Origin: a virus
IMG/VR virus record: IMGVR_UViG_3300035704_000002
Coordinates: 64,203-128,202 of that record
Direction: 5' to 3' (one strand)
DNA: 64,000 nucleotides
Shown: piece by piece, positions 9,544-18,875 of the stretch
Numbering within the stretch: position 1 is the stretch's first letter
Layout of the letters: each line of letters starts with the position of its first letter
Made by a program: the position numbers and the translations under genes
Notes under the pieces: generated by a model
Databases searched by the model: none
What the model saw: the letters and a program-made list of their open reading frames with translations, nothing else
What the model was told of the DNA's origin: nothing

Positions 9544-9843
9544 ATGCGCCGAATCGCCGCTGCATCCCTGCGATACCTCGACGTCGGCGCCACCGTGCCC
9601 CCCGATGCCAACCCGAGTGTCGATCTGGTCGAGTTCGCGTTCATCCCCACTGACGACGACCCCGTCAGCGGCGACTGGATGACCGGCACCTGGTTCACCA
9701 CGGCCACCCGACTCGTGGCCCGCATCCTGATCGGACCCGGCGGTGTGGTCACTCTGACGCCCAACGTGTACCGCGTGTGGGTACGGGTGAGCGCCACGCC
9801 CGAGCGCGTGGTAGCCGAGGCCGGTCGGATGCAGGTGTACTGA
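9544..9843 (+). CDS. small Ig-like fibre-adaptor protein
   Basis: VEFAF...DWMTGTW...ARILIGPGG...YRVWVRV..PE pattern common after actinophage fibre genes. Confidence 0.65.
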   Translation: MRRIAAASLRYLDVGATVPPDANPSVDLVEFAFIPTDDDPVSGDWMTGTWFTTATRLVARILIGPGGVVTLTPNVYRVWVRVSATPERVVAEAGRMQVY

Positions 9844-9901
9844 CCCCGGCTGGCTCGTGCCTGCCGCCCACTCGTCGTCCGGTCGGTCATACTCCCTGGC
9901 C

Positions 9902-10522
9902 ATGGCCATCGTGGACTCAGCACGCCTGAACCGGTTCCTGTCCAACCCGGCATGGCGTACCGATCAGTACGAGGAGGCCGACGAACTGCTGGAGGAGATG
10001 GAGCAGGAGCTGGGCAACGCGCTGGGCACGTTCATCACACCGGTGCGCTACACCGAAACGGTGACCGTGTTGCAAACCGGACTGCTGGCCACCGCGCACC
10101 CCGTCAGCGTGGTGAACAGCTTGGACGGCGTCGCGGTGATCAGCAACGTGCTGCCCACCTCGTGGATGCTGTTGCCACCACCGGAGTCCCGGTTGCGCTG
10201 GGTTGATCCAGGCAACTTTCCGCCGATGACGCCGCCCACCTTTGACCTGATGACCGGCTGGTCGCCAATCGGCAAGGTGCCGCGCGTGGCAGGTGTCGGC
10301 GCCATGGCCATCGACTACCTGGCCGGCTGGGGCAATCAGCCCGCCATCCGCAAGGCGCTGCTGGTCAAGGCCGGCATTCTGTTCCAGAACCGGCACGACG
10401 ACACGGTGATCGCTCGCAATCTGGACGCCCAGCAGCCACCACCACTGCCCACCGAGACCTGGACGGCCGCCGAACTGGCGCCGCTCCAGGTCTACCGCAA
10501 CAACGTGGCGTCCTGGAAGTGA
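9902..10522 (+). CDS. head-tail connector/adaptor (gp6-like)
   Basis: N-terminal helices, IDYLAGW, IRKALLVKAG, LAPLQVYR; synteny. Confidence 0.65.
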   Translation: MAIVDSARLNRFLSNPAWRTDQYEEADELLEEMEQELGNALGTFITPVRYTETVTVLQTGLLATAHPVSVVNSLDGVAVISNVLPTSWMLLPPPESRLRWVDPGNFPPMTPPTFDLMTGWSPIGKVPRVAGVGAMAIDYLAGWGNQPAIRKALLVKAGILFQNRHDDTVIARNLDAQQPPPLPTETWTAAELAPLQVYRNNVASWK

Positions 10523-10526
10523 CGCG

Positions 10527-11009
10527 ATGAGTTCAGCGGTGAAGATCGACGGACGCTCGCTCACCCAGGTGCGCCGCAAGATCCACGACATGCGCACTCG
10601 CACGGACAACCTGATGGCCGCGTGGGAGACGTTCCTGGACTGGTTCGCCAACCAGAACCGACTCCAGTTCGGTTCACGCGGCGAACGGTGGCGTGACCTG
10701 TGGCCCGAACTGGCACCCTCGACTCTGATCGACAAACGCCGAGAAGGCTTCTACACCGACATTCTCGTGCGCACCTCGGACCTGTTGCGCTCCCTATCGG
10801 ACCGTCCGTTGAACATCGAAATGGTGTTGCCACACGAAGTTCAGGCCGGCACCCGCGTCAGCTACGCGAAGTACCACCAGTACGGAACGCGCTTCATGCC
10901 GCGCCGCCGACTGTTCGACGCGGCCGAGATCGAACGTGAGGGCGCGCTGTCCAGTGTCATCGGTTCCTGGATCGCCACCGGTCGCCCCGTTGTGCGGAGC
11001 GGCAAATGA
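10527..11009 (+). CDS. phage virion morphogenesis / tail completion protein (P2 gpS / Mu gpG-like)
   Basis: WPELAPSTL, ILVRTSDLLRSL, GTRVSYAKYHQYGTRFMPRR. Confidence 0.85.
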   Translation: MSSAVKIDGRSLTQVRRKIHDMRTRTDNLMAAWETFLDWFANQNRLQFGSRGERWRDLWPELAPSTLIDKRREGFYTDILVRTSDLLRSLSDRPLNIEMVLPHEVQAGTRVSYAKYHQYGTRFMPRRRLFDAAEIEREGALSSVIGSWIATGRPVVRSGK

Positions 11010-11632
11010 GGGGCGCCGACGAGATGCGCGACCGGCTGGTCACGCTGGTCCAGCAAGCCGCGCCGCCCAAGATCGCGCTGTTGCGGCAGGCGTGGGACTA
11101 CACAACCGAACAACTGCCCGACATCGACCTGGTGTCCTCTGGCGAAACTGTGGAGAACGTGCTGAACGCGGCGGTTGCCAGCAACACCGTCATCGTGATC
11201 AACCCCCGACTGCTCACCACCGACCAGGTGGACATCGACCCCTACGGCCAACCCGTCTACAACTGCCGGTACTCGTGCCGGATCTACGTGTGGGCCTACG
11301 GCGAGAACTGGGACAAGGCCAAGACCGCGCGCGACCACCTGGCCGTGGTGGTGCGACTGTGCCTGCTGGAATGGCCCAACCTCACGTACAACATGATCGG
11401 CAACACGAACTTCAGGCTGCACCGCAACACCTACACCGAGGAATTCGGCGAGCCGCACCGCATCACCAACCGGGCCGGTGGCCGCGTCTGGGCGCCCGCC
11501 CTGCTGTCGGTGGACGTCGACCGCGAAGACGACATGCACGACGGCTCACTGCACCCACCGCTGGGCACCGCGCACACCCTGACCCCGGCCGCCCAGAACG
11601 TCGGACCGGACCAGCCACTACCTGGAGCGTGA
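11006..11632 (+). CDS. putative tail terminator
   Basis: Synteny between tail completion and sheath; size. Confidence 0.55.
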   Translation: MRGADEMRDRLVTLVQQAAPPKIALLRQAWDYTTEQLPDIDLVSSGETVENVLNAAVASNTVIVINPRLLTTDQVDIDPYGQPVYNCRYSCRIYVWAYGENWDKAKTARDHLAVVVRLCLLEWPNLTYNMIGNTNFRLHRNTYTEEFGEPHRITNRAGGRVWAPALLSVDVDREDDMHDGSLHPPLGTAHTLTPAAQNVGPDQPLPGA

Positions 11633-11634
11633 CC

Positions 11635-11883
11635 ATGATTCTGGTGAACCCCACCAACGGCCCCCTGGTCTTCACCGACGACGCGCGCACGATCGGGGCC
11701 GGCGAGCGGCTGAGCGACGTGCAACCCGACGACACCACCCGGACCGGGCTGGCGCGCGGCTACCTCGTGGAGGTCACACCCGAACAAGCGCGGATCGCCG
11801 AGGACACGAGCGCGGGCGCACCGGAACCCGGTGGCGAGCCGGCCGCCGCGCCGGGCGTGGCTGACCCGAAACCCGCTGGCTGA
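11635..11883 (+). CDS. small pre-sheath protein
   Basis: GGAG RBS; MILVNPTNGPLVF...GLARGYLVEV. Confidence 0.65.
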   Translation: MILVNPTNGPLVFTDDARTIGAGERLSDVQPDDTTRTGLARGYLVEVTPEQARIAEDTSAGAPEPGGEPAAAPGVADPKPAG

Positions 11884-11931
11884 AGTGCCATGATTCCCGC
11901 GACCTGAGCTGACAGGCGCGAGGAGGATTCA

Positions 11932-13395
11932 ATGCCGGGTGTGGTCGTCACCACCGGTGCCGTGGCCGGACCGTCCGCCCCCACACGTGCACCCTCGTCC
12001 CAATTCTTCTGCGTCGGTCTCGCCGAACGCGGTCCCACGGGCAAGGCACTACTGGTCAACTCGTTGGCCGACTTCAACGCCGCCTACGGTGGTCAGACCA
12101 GCTACGGCGCCCTGTACGACGCGCTGACCACCTATTTTCAGGAAGGTGGCAGCCGCGCCTACGTGGCGCGCGTCGTCGGGCCGTCCGCCACCACCGGCAC
12201 CCTGGCCGGCGGCCTGCTGGACGGGGCGTCCAGTCCGGTCGCCACGCTCAACGTCTCGGCCGCCAACCCCGGCTCGTGGTCCTCGAACGTGTCGGTTCAG
12301 GTTTTGGCGGGCTCCAGTGCCAGCACCTTCCGGCTCCAGGTCTTCTACTCGGGCGTGCTGACCGAGGACTACACCAACCTGGGCAGTCCCCAGGAAGCCG
12401 TCTCCAAGGTCAACTCGCGGTCGGTCTACATCATGTTGGCCGACGCCGGCTCACCCACCGCCGCGCCCGCCAACAACCCGGCGCCCACCGGTTCGCCCGG
12501 CACGCTCTCGGCCGGCGCGGACGACCGCAGTCACGTCGTCACCCAGACCTACCTCAGCGCGTTGAGCCTGTTCCCTGTCGACTTCGGCGATGGCGCCGTG
12601 GCCATCCCCGGTGCCGGTAGCTCGGTGCACGCCGGCCTGATCGGCCATGCCGATGCCTACAACCGGATCGCACTGCTGGCCGCCGAACGTGGTGCGGACA
12701 AGAACACGCTGATCGGCTACGCCTCCAACCTCAACGCCAAGCGCGCCGGCCTGTTCGCTCCGTGGGTACAGGTGCCTGATGGATTCGGCGGCACCAAGGC
12801 CATCAGTCCGGAGGCTTTCGTCGCGGCGGCCCGCTCCAAGGCACACAACCAGGCCGGCCCATGGAAGGCGGCGGCCGGCGGCATCAGTACGGCCATCTAC
12901 GTGGTCGCGCCCGACCAGGTCTTCACCGTCACCGATTCCAACGACCTGGACTCAGCCAAGGTCGACGTCATCCGAACCATCGCGGGAACCGTCCGACTCT
13001 ACGGCTGGCGGTCGCTGTCGGCCGACTTCGACAATTGGGCGTACCTGACCGGCGCCGATACGGTCAACCGCTACGTCACCGAGGCCACGGTGCAGCTCGA
13101 ACAGTACGTGTTCGGCGTCATCGACTCCTCCGGCCACCTGCTGGCCACCATCAAGGGCACGCTGGTCGGCATCGCGAAACCCATGGCGGACGCCAACGGT
13201 CTGTTCGCGGCCTACGACCCGACGACCGGCGCGCTGATCGATCCCGGCTACGCGGTCGACACCGGGAGCACGCTCAACACCGTGGCCAGCCTGGCGCTGA
13301 ACCAGGTGCTGGCCACCGTCTCGCTGCGCGTATCGCCCACCGGCGCCACGGTCAGCCTGTCCGTCACCAAGGCCGGCGTGACCGCCGCACTGTAA
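11932..13395 (+). CDS. contractile tail sheath protein
   Basis: MPGVVV, GLAERGP, YFQEGGSRAYVARV, AANPGSWSSN, FAPWVQV, GPWKAAAG, VRLYGWRSL. Confidence 0.93.
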   Translation: MPGVVVTTGAVAGPSAPTRAPSSQFFCVGLAERGPTGKALLVNSLADFNAAYGGQTSYGALYDALTTYFQEGGSRAYVARVVGPSATTGTLAGGLLDGASSPVATLNVSAANPGSWSSNVSVQVLAGSSASTFRLQVFYSGVLTEDYTNLGSPQEAVSKVNSRSVYIMLADAGSPTAAPANNPAPTGSPGTLSAGADDRSHVVTQTYLSALSLFPVDFGDGAVAIPGAGSSVHAGLIGHADAYNRIALLAAERGADKNTLIGYASNLNAKRAGLFAPWVQVPDGFGGTKAISPEAFVAAARSKAHNQAGPWKAAAGGISTAIYVVAPDQVFTVTDSNDLDSAKVDVIRTIAGTVRLYGWRSLSADFDNWAYLTGADTVNRYVTEATVQLEQYVFGVIDSSGHLLATIKGTLVGIAKPMADANGLFAAYDPTTGALIDPGYAVDTGSTLNTVASLALNQVLATVSLRVSPTGATVSLSVTKAGVTAAL

Positions 13396-13410
13396 CTGGG
13401 AGGTACTGCA

Positions 13411-13818
13411 ATGAAAGCGGCAAAGCGCCAATTCCTCGTCAAGATCGACGGCATCGACGGGTACTGGTCGAAAAAGACGGGCGCGGAACTGAAGTCCGCC
13501 ACCGCCAAGGTCTACGACGGCGGCAGTCTCGTACCCGACGTGATCGCCGCGCCGGCTGAAGTGGCCGACGTCGTCCTGACCCGGCCGTTCGACCCCGATC
13601 GAGACCAGTCCGTGGTGAACCTGCTCAAGCGGCGTGTGGGCCAGTGGACCACCACGATCTCCATCACCCCCACCGAGGCCGATCTCTCCACGATCGCCGT
13701 GGCCGGAGACACCTACCCGAACGCGCTACTGGTCGCGATCATGCCGCCCGAAGTGGACGCTTCCTCGGGCGAGTCGGCCGAACTGGTACTCACCTTCTCG
13801 GTCGGGTCCGTGGCCTGA
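13411..13818 (+). CDS. tail tube protein
   Basis: 135 aa directly after sheath; DVVLTRPFD, TYPNALL, PEVDASS. Confidence 0.85.
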   Translation: MKAAKRQFLVKIDGIDGYWSKKTGAELKSATAKVYDGGSLVPDVIAAPAEVADVVLTRPFDPDRDQSVVNLLKRRVGQWTTTISITPTEADLSTIAVAGDTYPNALLVAIMPPEVDASSGESAELVLTFSVGSVA

Positions 13819-13827
13819 TCACGATCA

Positions 13828-13871
13828 TCCGGCACCGGATACCGCGTACAGGCGCGGCGCCCGGTGCCGGA
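13828..13871 (+). terminator. hairpin after the tube gene
   Basis: TCCGGCACCGG / CCGGTGCCGGA followed by GTTGTTCT. Confidence 0.55.
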
Positions 13872-13995
13872 GTTGTTCTCGCCCCGTCGGATGCGTGCGG
13901 GCTGGACACGGGGCTCGGGGCGTCCTCCCAGACACGCGCCGTGTCCGGCCCGGACGTCTCCGGCGTCCACAGTCGATAGTCCACTGGGAGGACAC

Positions 13996-14559
13996 ATGCC
14001 AACCTTCGACGGCTCCCACCCGTCCGGGAGTCACGCCGGGCTCCTGACCGATCCGTCCGAACGGGACGCGGCCCCGTTCGACGCCTTGGCGGCACTGCGT
14101 GAACAGTTGGAGGAGCGCGCCGAGCAGACCGAGCGCACCTGTTATGTCGACATCCCCGGCCTGGGCTGGCGGCTGGTGTGCTCACTGGATTTCCCCTACA
14201 GCCAGTACGCGCGATGGCAGAAGGCCAGTCTGCCGGTCAACCAGCGCAACCGCTCGCGCGGCCCCAACCTGCTGGACCTGGATCAGGCCATGCTGTCGCG
14301 GTTCGTGCTGCTGGGCACGTGCCAGGGCGTCGAATACCGCAACAGCACCGACGAGTGGGTGTCCGTCGCGGACGGCCAGGGCAACCCGATCAAGCCCGAC
14401 GGCGAGGAGATGATGGCGCGTTTCGGTGAGGTCGACCCCGGCGTATTCCTGCGCAAGCTGTTCGGCGGCGACGCCGCCGTGATGCGGGCCGGCGAGGTTG
14501 TCATGCGCGCGGCCGGCTGGATGGAGGCCGACGACCCGGACGCGGACCCTACGGTCTGA
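13996..14559 (+). CDS. tail assembly chaperone (G form)
   Basis: GGGAGG RBS, between tube and tape measure, ends DADPTV*. Confidence 0.8.
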   Translation: MPTFDGSHPSGSHAGLLTDPSERDAAPFDALAALREQLEERAEQTERTCYVDIPGLGWRLVCSLDFPYSQYARWQKASLPVNQRNRSRGPNLLDLDQAMLSRFVLLGTCQGVEYRNSTDEWVSVADGQGNPIKPDGEEMMARFGEVDPGVFLRKLFGGDAAVMRAGEVVMRAAGWMEADDPDADPTV

Positions 14560-14780
14560 GCGCGAGATCACCAGCCGCCGAGCGCCACGCCGAACTGCTG
14601 GAATGGCTGTCGGAGCACCCCACGGTGCAGATGGCCGCCCGCGTCGGCTACGTGTTCGGCATGGACCCGGTGGCCGTGCTCCGCGACGAGGGCGACGAGT
14701 TTCTGACGATGGTCCGCGTAGCCGCGCTGGACATCTGGATCAGCGACGAACGGGAACGCAACCGTCAGAGCAGCGCCTGA
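14547..14780 (+). CDS. tail assembly chaperone GT extension in the -1 frame (not in the ORF track)
   Basis: -1 frame open from GACCCTA: PYGLSARSPAAERHAELLEWLSEHPTVQMAARVGYVFGMDPVAVL...QSSA*; GC3-biased codons. Confidence 0.65.
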   Translation, partial: PYGLSARSPAAERHAELLEWLSEHPTVQMAARVGYVFGMDPVAVLRDEGDEFLTMVRVAALDIWISDERERNRQSSA

Positions 14781-14822
14781 ATCGCTATCCTGATCGTGTC
14801 GTCACTAGCGGGGATGGCAGTT

Positions 14823-14863
14823 CGGCCCCCGAGAGCGAGTCCAGCGTGGGCTCTCGGGGGCCG
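14823..14863 (+). terminator. perfect 14-bp stem hairpin
   Basis: CGGCCCCCGAGAGC / GCTCTCGGGGGCCG. Confidence 0.6.
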
Positions 14864-14979
14864 CGCCGTGTCTAACCGACTCCGGTCGGCTTGACGCTCA
14901 CCTCGCCCGCGCGCCTGCGCTGATCGGCGTCGTCCACCCGGCACTCTCGCCCGCGTGATCCAGCGCGGGGCGGTGAGAC

Positions 14980-17900
14980 GTGTCTAACGACATCCTGATC
15001 AAGGGCACGATGAGCGATGAGATCTCCGCTGCCCTGGCTCGCATCGAGCAACGCCTGGCCGACGTCGAACGCAAACTCGCCGAGGTCGGCACCGCCGGCC
15101 GCACCATGGGCGACGGGGTGGACGCGGGCGCCAGCAAGGCTAGTCGCTCCATCGACAAGGCCGGCCGTTCAGCCGAGACCGCCGCACCGAAGATCAAGAA
15201 GGCGGGCGACGAGGCCGAGAAGGCCGGCGCCAAGGCCGGCTTGGGCTCCAAGGGGTTCAAGGACTTCGCCGACAAGGTCGAGAAGGCCGGGAAGAAAAGC
15301 TCTGACTTTGCGGCCATCACCTCCGCGTTCCGCTTCGGCGCGATCGGCACCGGCATCTACGCGGCCCTGGGTGCCATCTCCGCACTCGGTGCCGGCAGCG
15401 TCGTCGCCGTGGCGCACGTCGCGCCCCTGCTGCTCAACCTGCTCAACCTCGCGCCCGCCGGCCTGGCCGCCGCCGCCGCCATGGCCGTGTTCAAGCTGAC
15501 CAGCACCCAACTGGCCGGCCCGATCACGCAGATCAAAAACGGATTCTCAGGACTGGGTAACGAAATCGCGGGCGGCGGCCTGCTCAAGGGCGTGCAGACC
15601 CTGGCCAACGACCTACGCCCACTGGAAAAGCTGTCCGGCCAGGGTCTGCGCATGGTGGGCGGTGACATCGGCTACGCCGCCGGCCAGCTCGGCAAGTTCA
15701 TCAAACAGGGCAGCACTCTTGACTCCATACGTCAGATCTTCGATGGCATCAGTCCGATCGTCTCGCATGTCCTCGATGCGCTGATCGTCATGCTGCCGGC
15801 CGTGCTCGCGGCGATCAAGGCGATCATCCCCGTCACCGACAAAATGGCCTACAGCCTGGACAACGTGGCCGGCATTTTCAGCGCGTGGGTGCAGCAGGCG
15901 GCCGCATCCGGCTCTATCACACGCTGGATGACCGCCGCCTGGATGGGTCTGCACACCGCCGGAACGATCCTATGGAACATTCTGGTGGCGTTGTTCAACA
16001 TCTTCCGCGACGCCTATAGCGCTTCGCAGAATCTCGGCGGTGGCATCCTCGGGATTACCCAGCGCTTCCGTGACTGGACCAGCAGCGTGTCCGGGCAAGC
16101 CAGCATCCAGAAGTATTTCGCTGACGCCATGCCGGTCGTACACGACCTAGGTGTACTGCTGGGCTCGGTGCTGCGCATGATCGGGCACATCGCCGGAGGG
16201 TCGAACATCGGTCCGCTGCTGAATCTGATCCAGTCTCAACTCGTGCCGGCGCTGGGTGCCCTACTCACCCACTTGACCGCTGTGGGCAGCTTCGGGCCGG
16301 CCATCGTCACGCTCGCGTCTAATCTGATCAAGATCTTCTCCGGCCTCGGATTCTCCGGTTTGTCGGTCGCCGTTAACGCACTCGTGGCTATCTCGAACTG
16401 GCTGGTGCAGCTACAGAAGACCGTCCCCGCTTTCAATGTGGTGGTATCCGCGCTACTGACGACCTTCCTGGCGTTCAAGTTGGTCACGCCAATTCTTCAG
16501 GGCATCGGCGCCGCGCTCCAGTTCATGACGAAGATTCCCGCGATCATCGCCGGTGTTTCGTCGGCCATGGAAACGATGGGTATCGTCGGGCTCTACGCCA
16601 TGGACGCCCTGTCGGCCGGAATAGGCGCGGTAGGAACCGCTATCGATGCCGCGTTCGTCTCGACACCGATTGGCTGGATCGTTCTGGCGATTATCGCGGT
16701 AATCGCGATAGTCGTCATTTTGTGGACTAAGTGCGCCTGGTTCCGCGATGCCGTCAAGGCAGTTTGGAATGCGATCAAGATCGCGACGCTGGCTGTGTGG
16801 CGCGCGATACAGGTTGCCTGGAATGCCACGATCAACGCGCTTGTCACGGCAGCCAAGGCTGTCGTGGGGTTTTTCTCGGACATCTGGCGGGCCATCGTTT
16901 CCGTAGCGATGGTGATATGGAACGGGCTCGTTGTCGCCTGGAAATTTATATGGACGATCATCTCCACCTACGTCAGGATTTACATTGACGTGATCAAGTT
17001 CATCATCCAAACTGCCGTCTACATTATCGTAGCGATAATCACGTTGATCGCAATCATCGTCAAGGGCGTCTGGGATCTCATAGCTTTCGGCGCGAATTGG
17101 TTGTGGAAAACCGTACTGCTGCCCATATTTACACTCGTCGGAAGCGTGGCGACATCGACCTGGCAGGGTATATCAGCCATCGCGCAATGGTGCTGGGGCA
17201 TTATCGTTGCGGGCGCCCAATGGTTGTGGCTAACCATTCTTCAGCCGATATTCAACCTGGTAGGAATAGTCGCCGGGGCTGTCTGGACCGGAATATCTGT
17301 GGCGGCACAATGGTGCTGGAACATGATCACCGCTGGCGCGAACGCAGTATGGAATGGATTCCTGCACCCGATATTCTCGTTTATCGGGTCGGTCGGCTCC
17401 GCCGTGTGGACCGCCATCGTGACGGCGGCGCAGTGGGCATGGGGGATCATCAAGTCCGTTTGGTCTGCTGTGTCCGGTTTCTTCGGTGGCATCTGGTCCG
17501 GCGTCGAAGCCGGCGCGAAAGCCGTATGGGGCGGCATCGGCAACGTGATCAGCGGCGTCGGCAACGTCGTGTCCGGCGTGTGGAACGCCATCGTCGGCGC
17601 GGTCAAGTCGGTGTGGAACTTCATCGCGAAGGGCTGGAACTCCATCCCCGACATCCACGTTCCGGACTGGGTTCCCGGCATCGGCGGCGACACATTCGGC
17701 CTGCCCAAGCTGCCCGTGCTTTACCGGGGCGGCCCCACGCCCGGCGGCCCCGCCGTCGTCGGCGAGCACGGCCCCGAACTGCTCGTGCGCAACAACAGCA
17801 TCACGCAGGTGCTGGGCGCCCGTGGCCCCCAGATCGCCGACCTGCCACGCGGCGGCTACGTCGTCCCCAACTTCCGCACCATCGCCGCCGGTATGGCTCG

Positions 17901-18150
17901 ACCCATCCCCGCCTCCGTGGCCGCCGCCATCGCCCACTCCGGCACCCAGGCCGCCGCGTCCGCCGGTGGTGACCGCGTCCTGCAACGCATTCTCGCCGAG
18001 CTGGTCAACGCGCTACGCGAACAACGACCACCCATCAACGTCGCACCCGGTGCCGACCACGTGCGCGACCAGGTGCTGGATGCCCTGCGCGACCGCGACC
18101 GGGAAACCCGCGCGGCCGGCCGCTACGCCTACACCGCCGGACGGGGCTGA
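14980..18150 (+). CDS. tape measure protein
   Basis: 1056 aa, helical, Trp-periodic repeats, WFRDAVKAVW, VVGEHGPELL. Confidence 0.93.
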   Translation: MSNDILIKGTMSDEISAALARIEQRLADVERKLAEVGTAGRTMGDGVDAGASKASRSIDKAGRSAETAAPKIKKAGDEAEKAGAKAGLGSKGFKDFADKVEKAGKKSSDFAAITSAFRFGAIGTGIYAALGAISALGAGSVVAVAHVAPLLLNLLNLAPAGLAAAAAMAVFKLTSTQLAGPITQIKNGFSGLGNEIAGGGLLKGVQTLANDLRPLEKLSGQGLRMVGGDIGYAAGQLGKFIKQGSTLDSIRQIFDGISPIVSHVLDALIVMLPAVLAAIKAIIPVTDKMAYSLDNVAGIFSAWVQQAAASGSITRWMTAAWMGLHTAGTILWNILVALFNIFRDAYSASQNLGGGILGITQRFRDWTSSVSGQASIQKYFADAMPVVHDLGVLLGSVLRMIGHIAGGSNIGPLLNLIQSQLVPALGALLTHLTAVGSFGPAIVTLASNLIKIFSGLGFSGLSVAVNALVAISNWLVQLQKTVPAFNVVVSALLTTFLAFKLVTPILQGIGAALQFMTKIPAIIAGVSSAMETMGIVGLYAMDALSAGIGAVGTAIDAAFVSTPIGWIVLAIIAVIAIVVILWTKCAWFRDAVKAVWNAIKIATLAVWRAIQVAWNATINALVTAAKAVVGFFSDIWRAIVSVAMVIWNGLVVAWKFIWTIISTYVRIYIDVIKFIIQTAVYIIVAIITLIAIIVKGVWDLIAFGANWLWKTVLLPIFTLVGSVATSTWQGISAIAQWCWGIIVAGAQWLWLTILQPIFNLVGIVAGAVWTGISVAAQWCWNMITAGANAVWNGFLHPIFSFIGSVGSAVWTAIVTAAQWAWGIIKSVWSAVSGFFGGIWSGVEAGAKAVWGGIGNVISGVGNVVSGVWNAIVGAVKSVWNFIAKGWNSIPDIHVPDWVPGIGGDTFGLPKLPVLYRGGPTPGGPAVVGEHGPELLVRNNSITQVLGARGPQIADLPRGGYVVPNFRTIAAGMARPIPASVAAAIAHSGTQAAASAGGDRVLQRILAELVNALREQRPPINVAPGADHVRDQVLDALRDRDRETRAAGRYAYTAGRG

Positions 18151-18152
18151 GC

Positions 18153-18839
18153 ATGACACTGACCGTGATCCGCGACCCGCTGTCCGGCCTGAGCTTCACC
18201 GCCATTGCCAGCGCCCGAATGTATATCTATGCCGAAACCACGGGCACGCTCACGCTCACCGCGCCCTACGCTCCGCAGGAGATCCAGTACGACGGCTTCG
18301 CCCAGGACTGGCAGACCGCCGATCGATCCGGCAGTACACCGCTACTACTGCGCAAGGGACAGCCCCTCAAGACGATCAAGTTCTCGCTGACGTTCGCCAA
18401 CCCCAACCCGTTCACCGTGCAAACCGGCCAGTTCGCGGCACTCACCGCGCTGGCGGCCACCTCGGAGCGTGTGCTGGTCCGCTATGGACCCAACGAGGCG
18501 GGACTGTGGCGCATCACGGCGTGCTCCATGACTTCTGTACGCCGGCACCCGGACACCAACGAGATCACCAACATGACGGCGTCGGTCACCATGACGCAGG
18601 CATCCGATGCCGCGCCCGCCGTCGGCCCGATCACACCGCCCGCCCCGCCGGCACCGCCGCCGCCTTCCTCATGGCCCGCCCCGCGCAGCTACGTCGTTGT
18701 CAGGGGTGACTGTCTCTGGAACATCGCAAAACGGTATTATGGGTCAGGACCCCTATGGCCACGTATTTTCGACGCAAATCGGACAATTATTAAGAACCCA
18801 AACCTCATCTTTCCCGGTCAGAGATTTGTGATCCCATGA
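18153..18839 (+). CDS. tail tube initiator with C-terminal LysM (XkdP-like)
   Basis: YVVVRGDCLWNIAKRYYGSGPLWPRIFDAN..IKNPNLIFPGQ. Confidence 0.9.
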   Translation: MTLTVIRDPLSGLSFTAIASARMYIYAETTGTLTLTAPYAPQEIQYDGFAQDWQTADRSGSTPLLLRKGQPLKTIKFSLTFANPNPFTVQTGQFAALTALAATSERVLVRYGPNEAGLWRITACSMTSVRRHPDTNEITNMTASVTMTQASDAAPAVGPITPPAPPAPPPPSSWPAPRSYVVVRGDCLWNIAKRYYGSGPLWPRIFDANRTIIKNPNLIFPGQRFVIP

Positions 18840-18875
18840 GGTCAGAGCATCGTTTTGGTAAGGTACCATCGCCCC

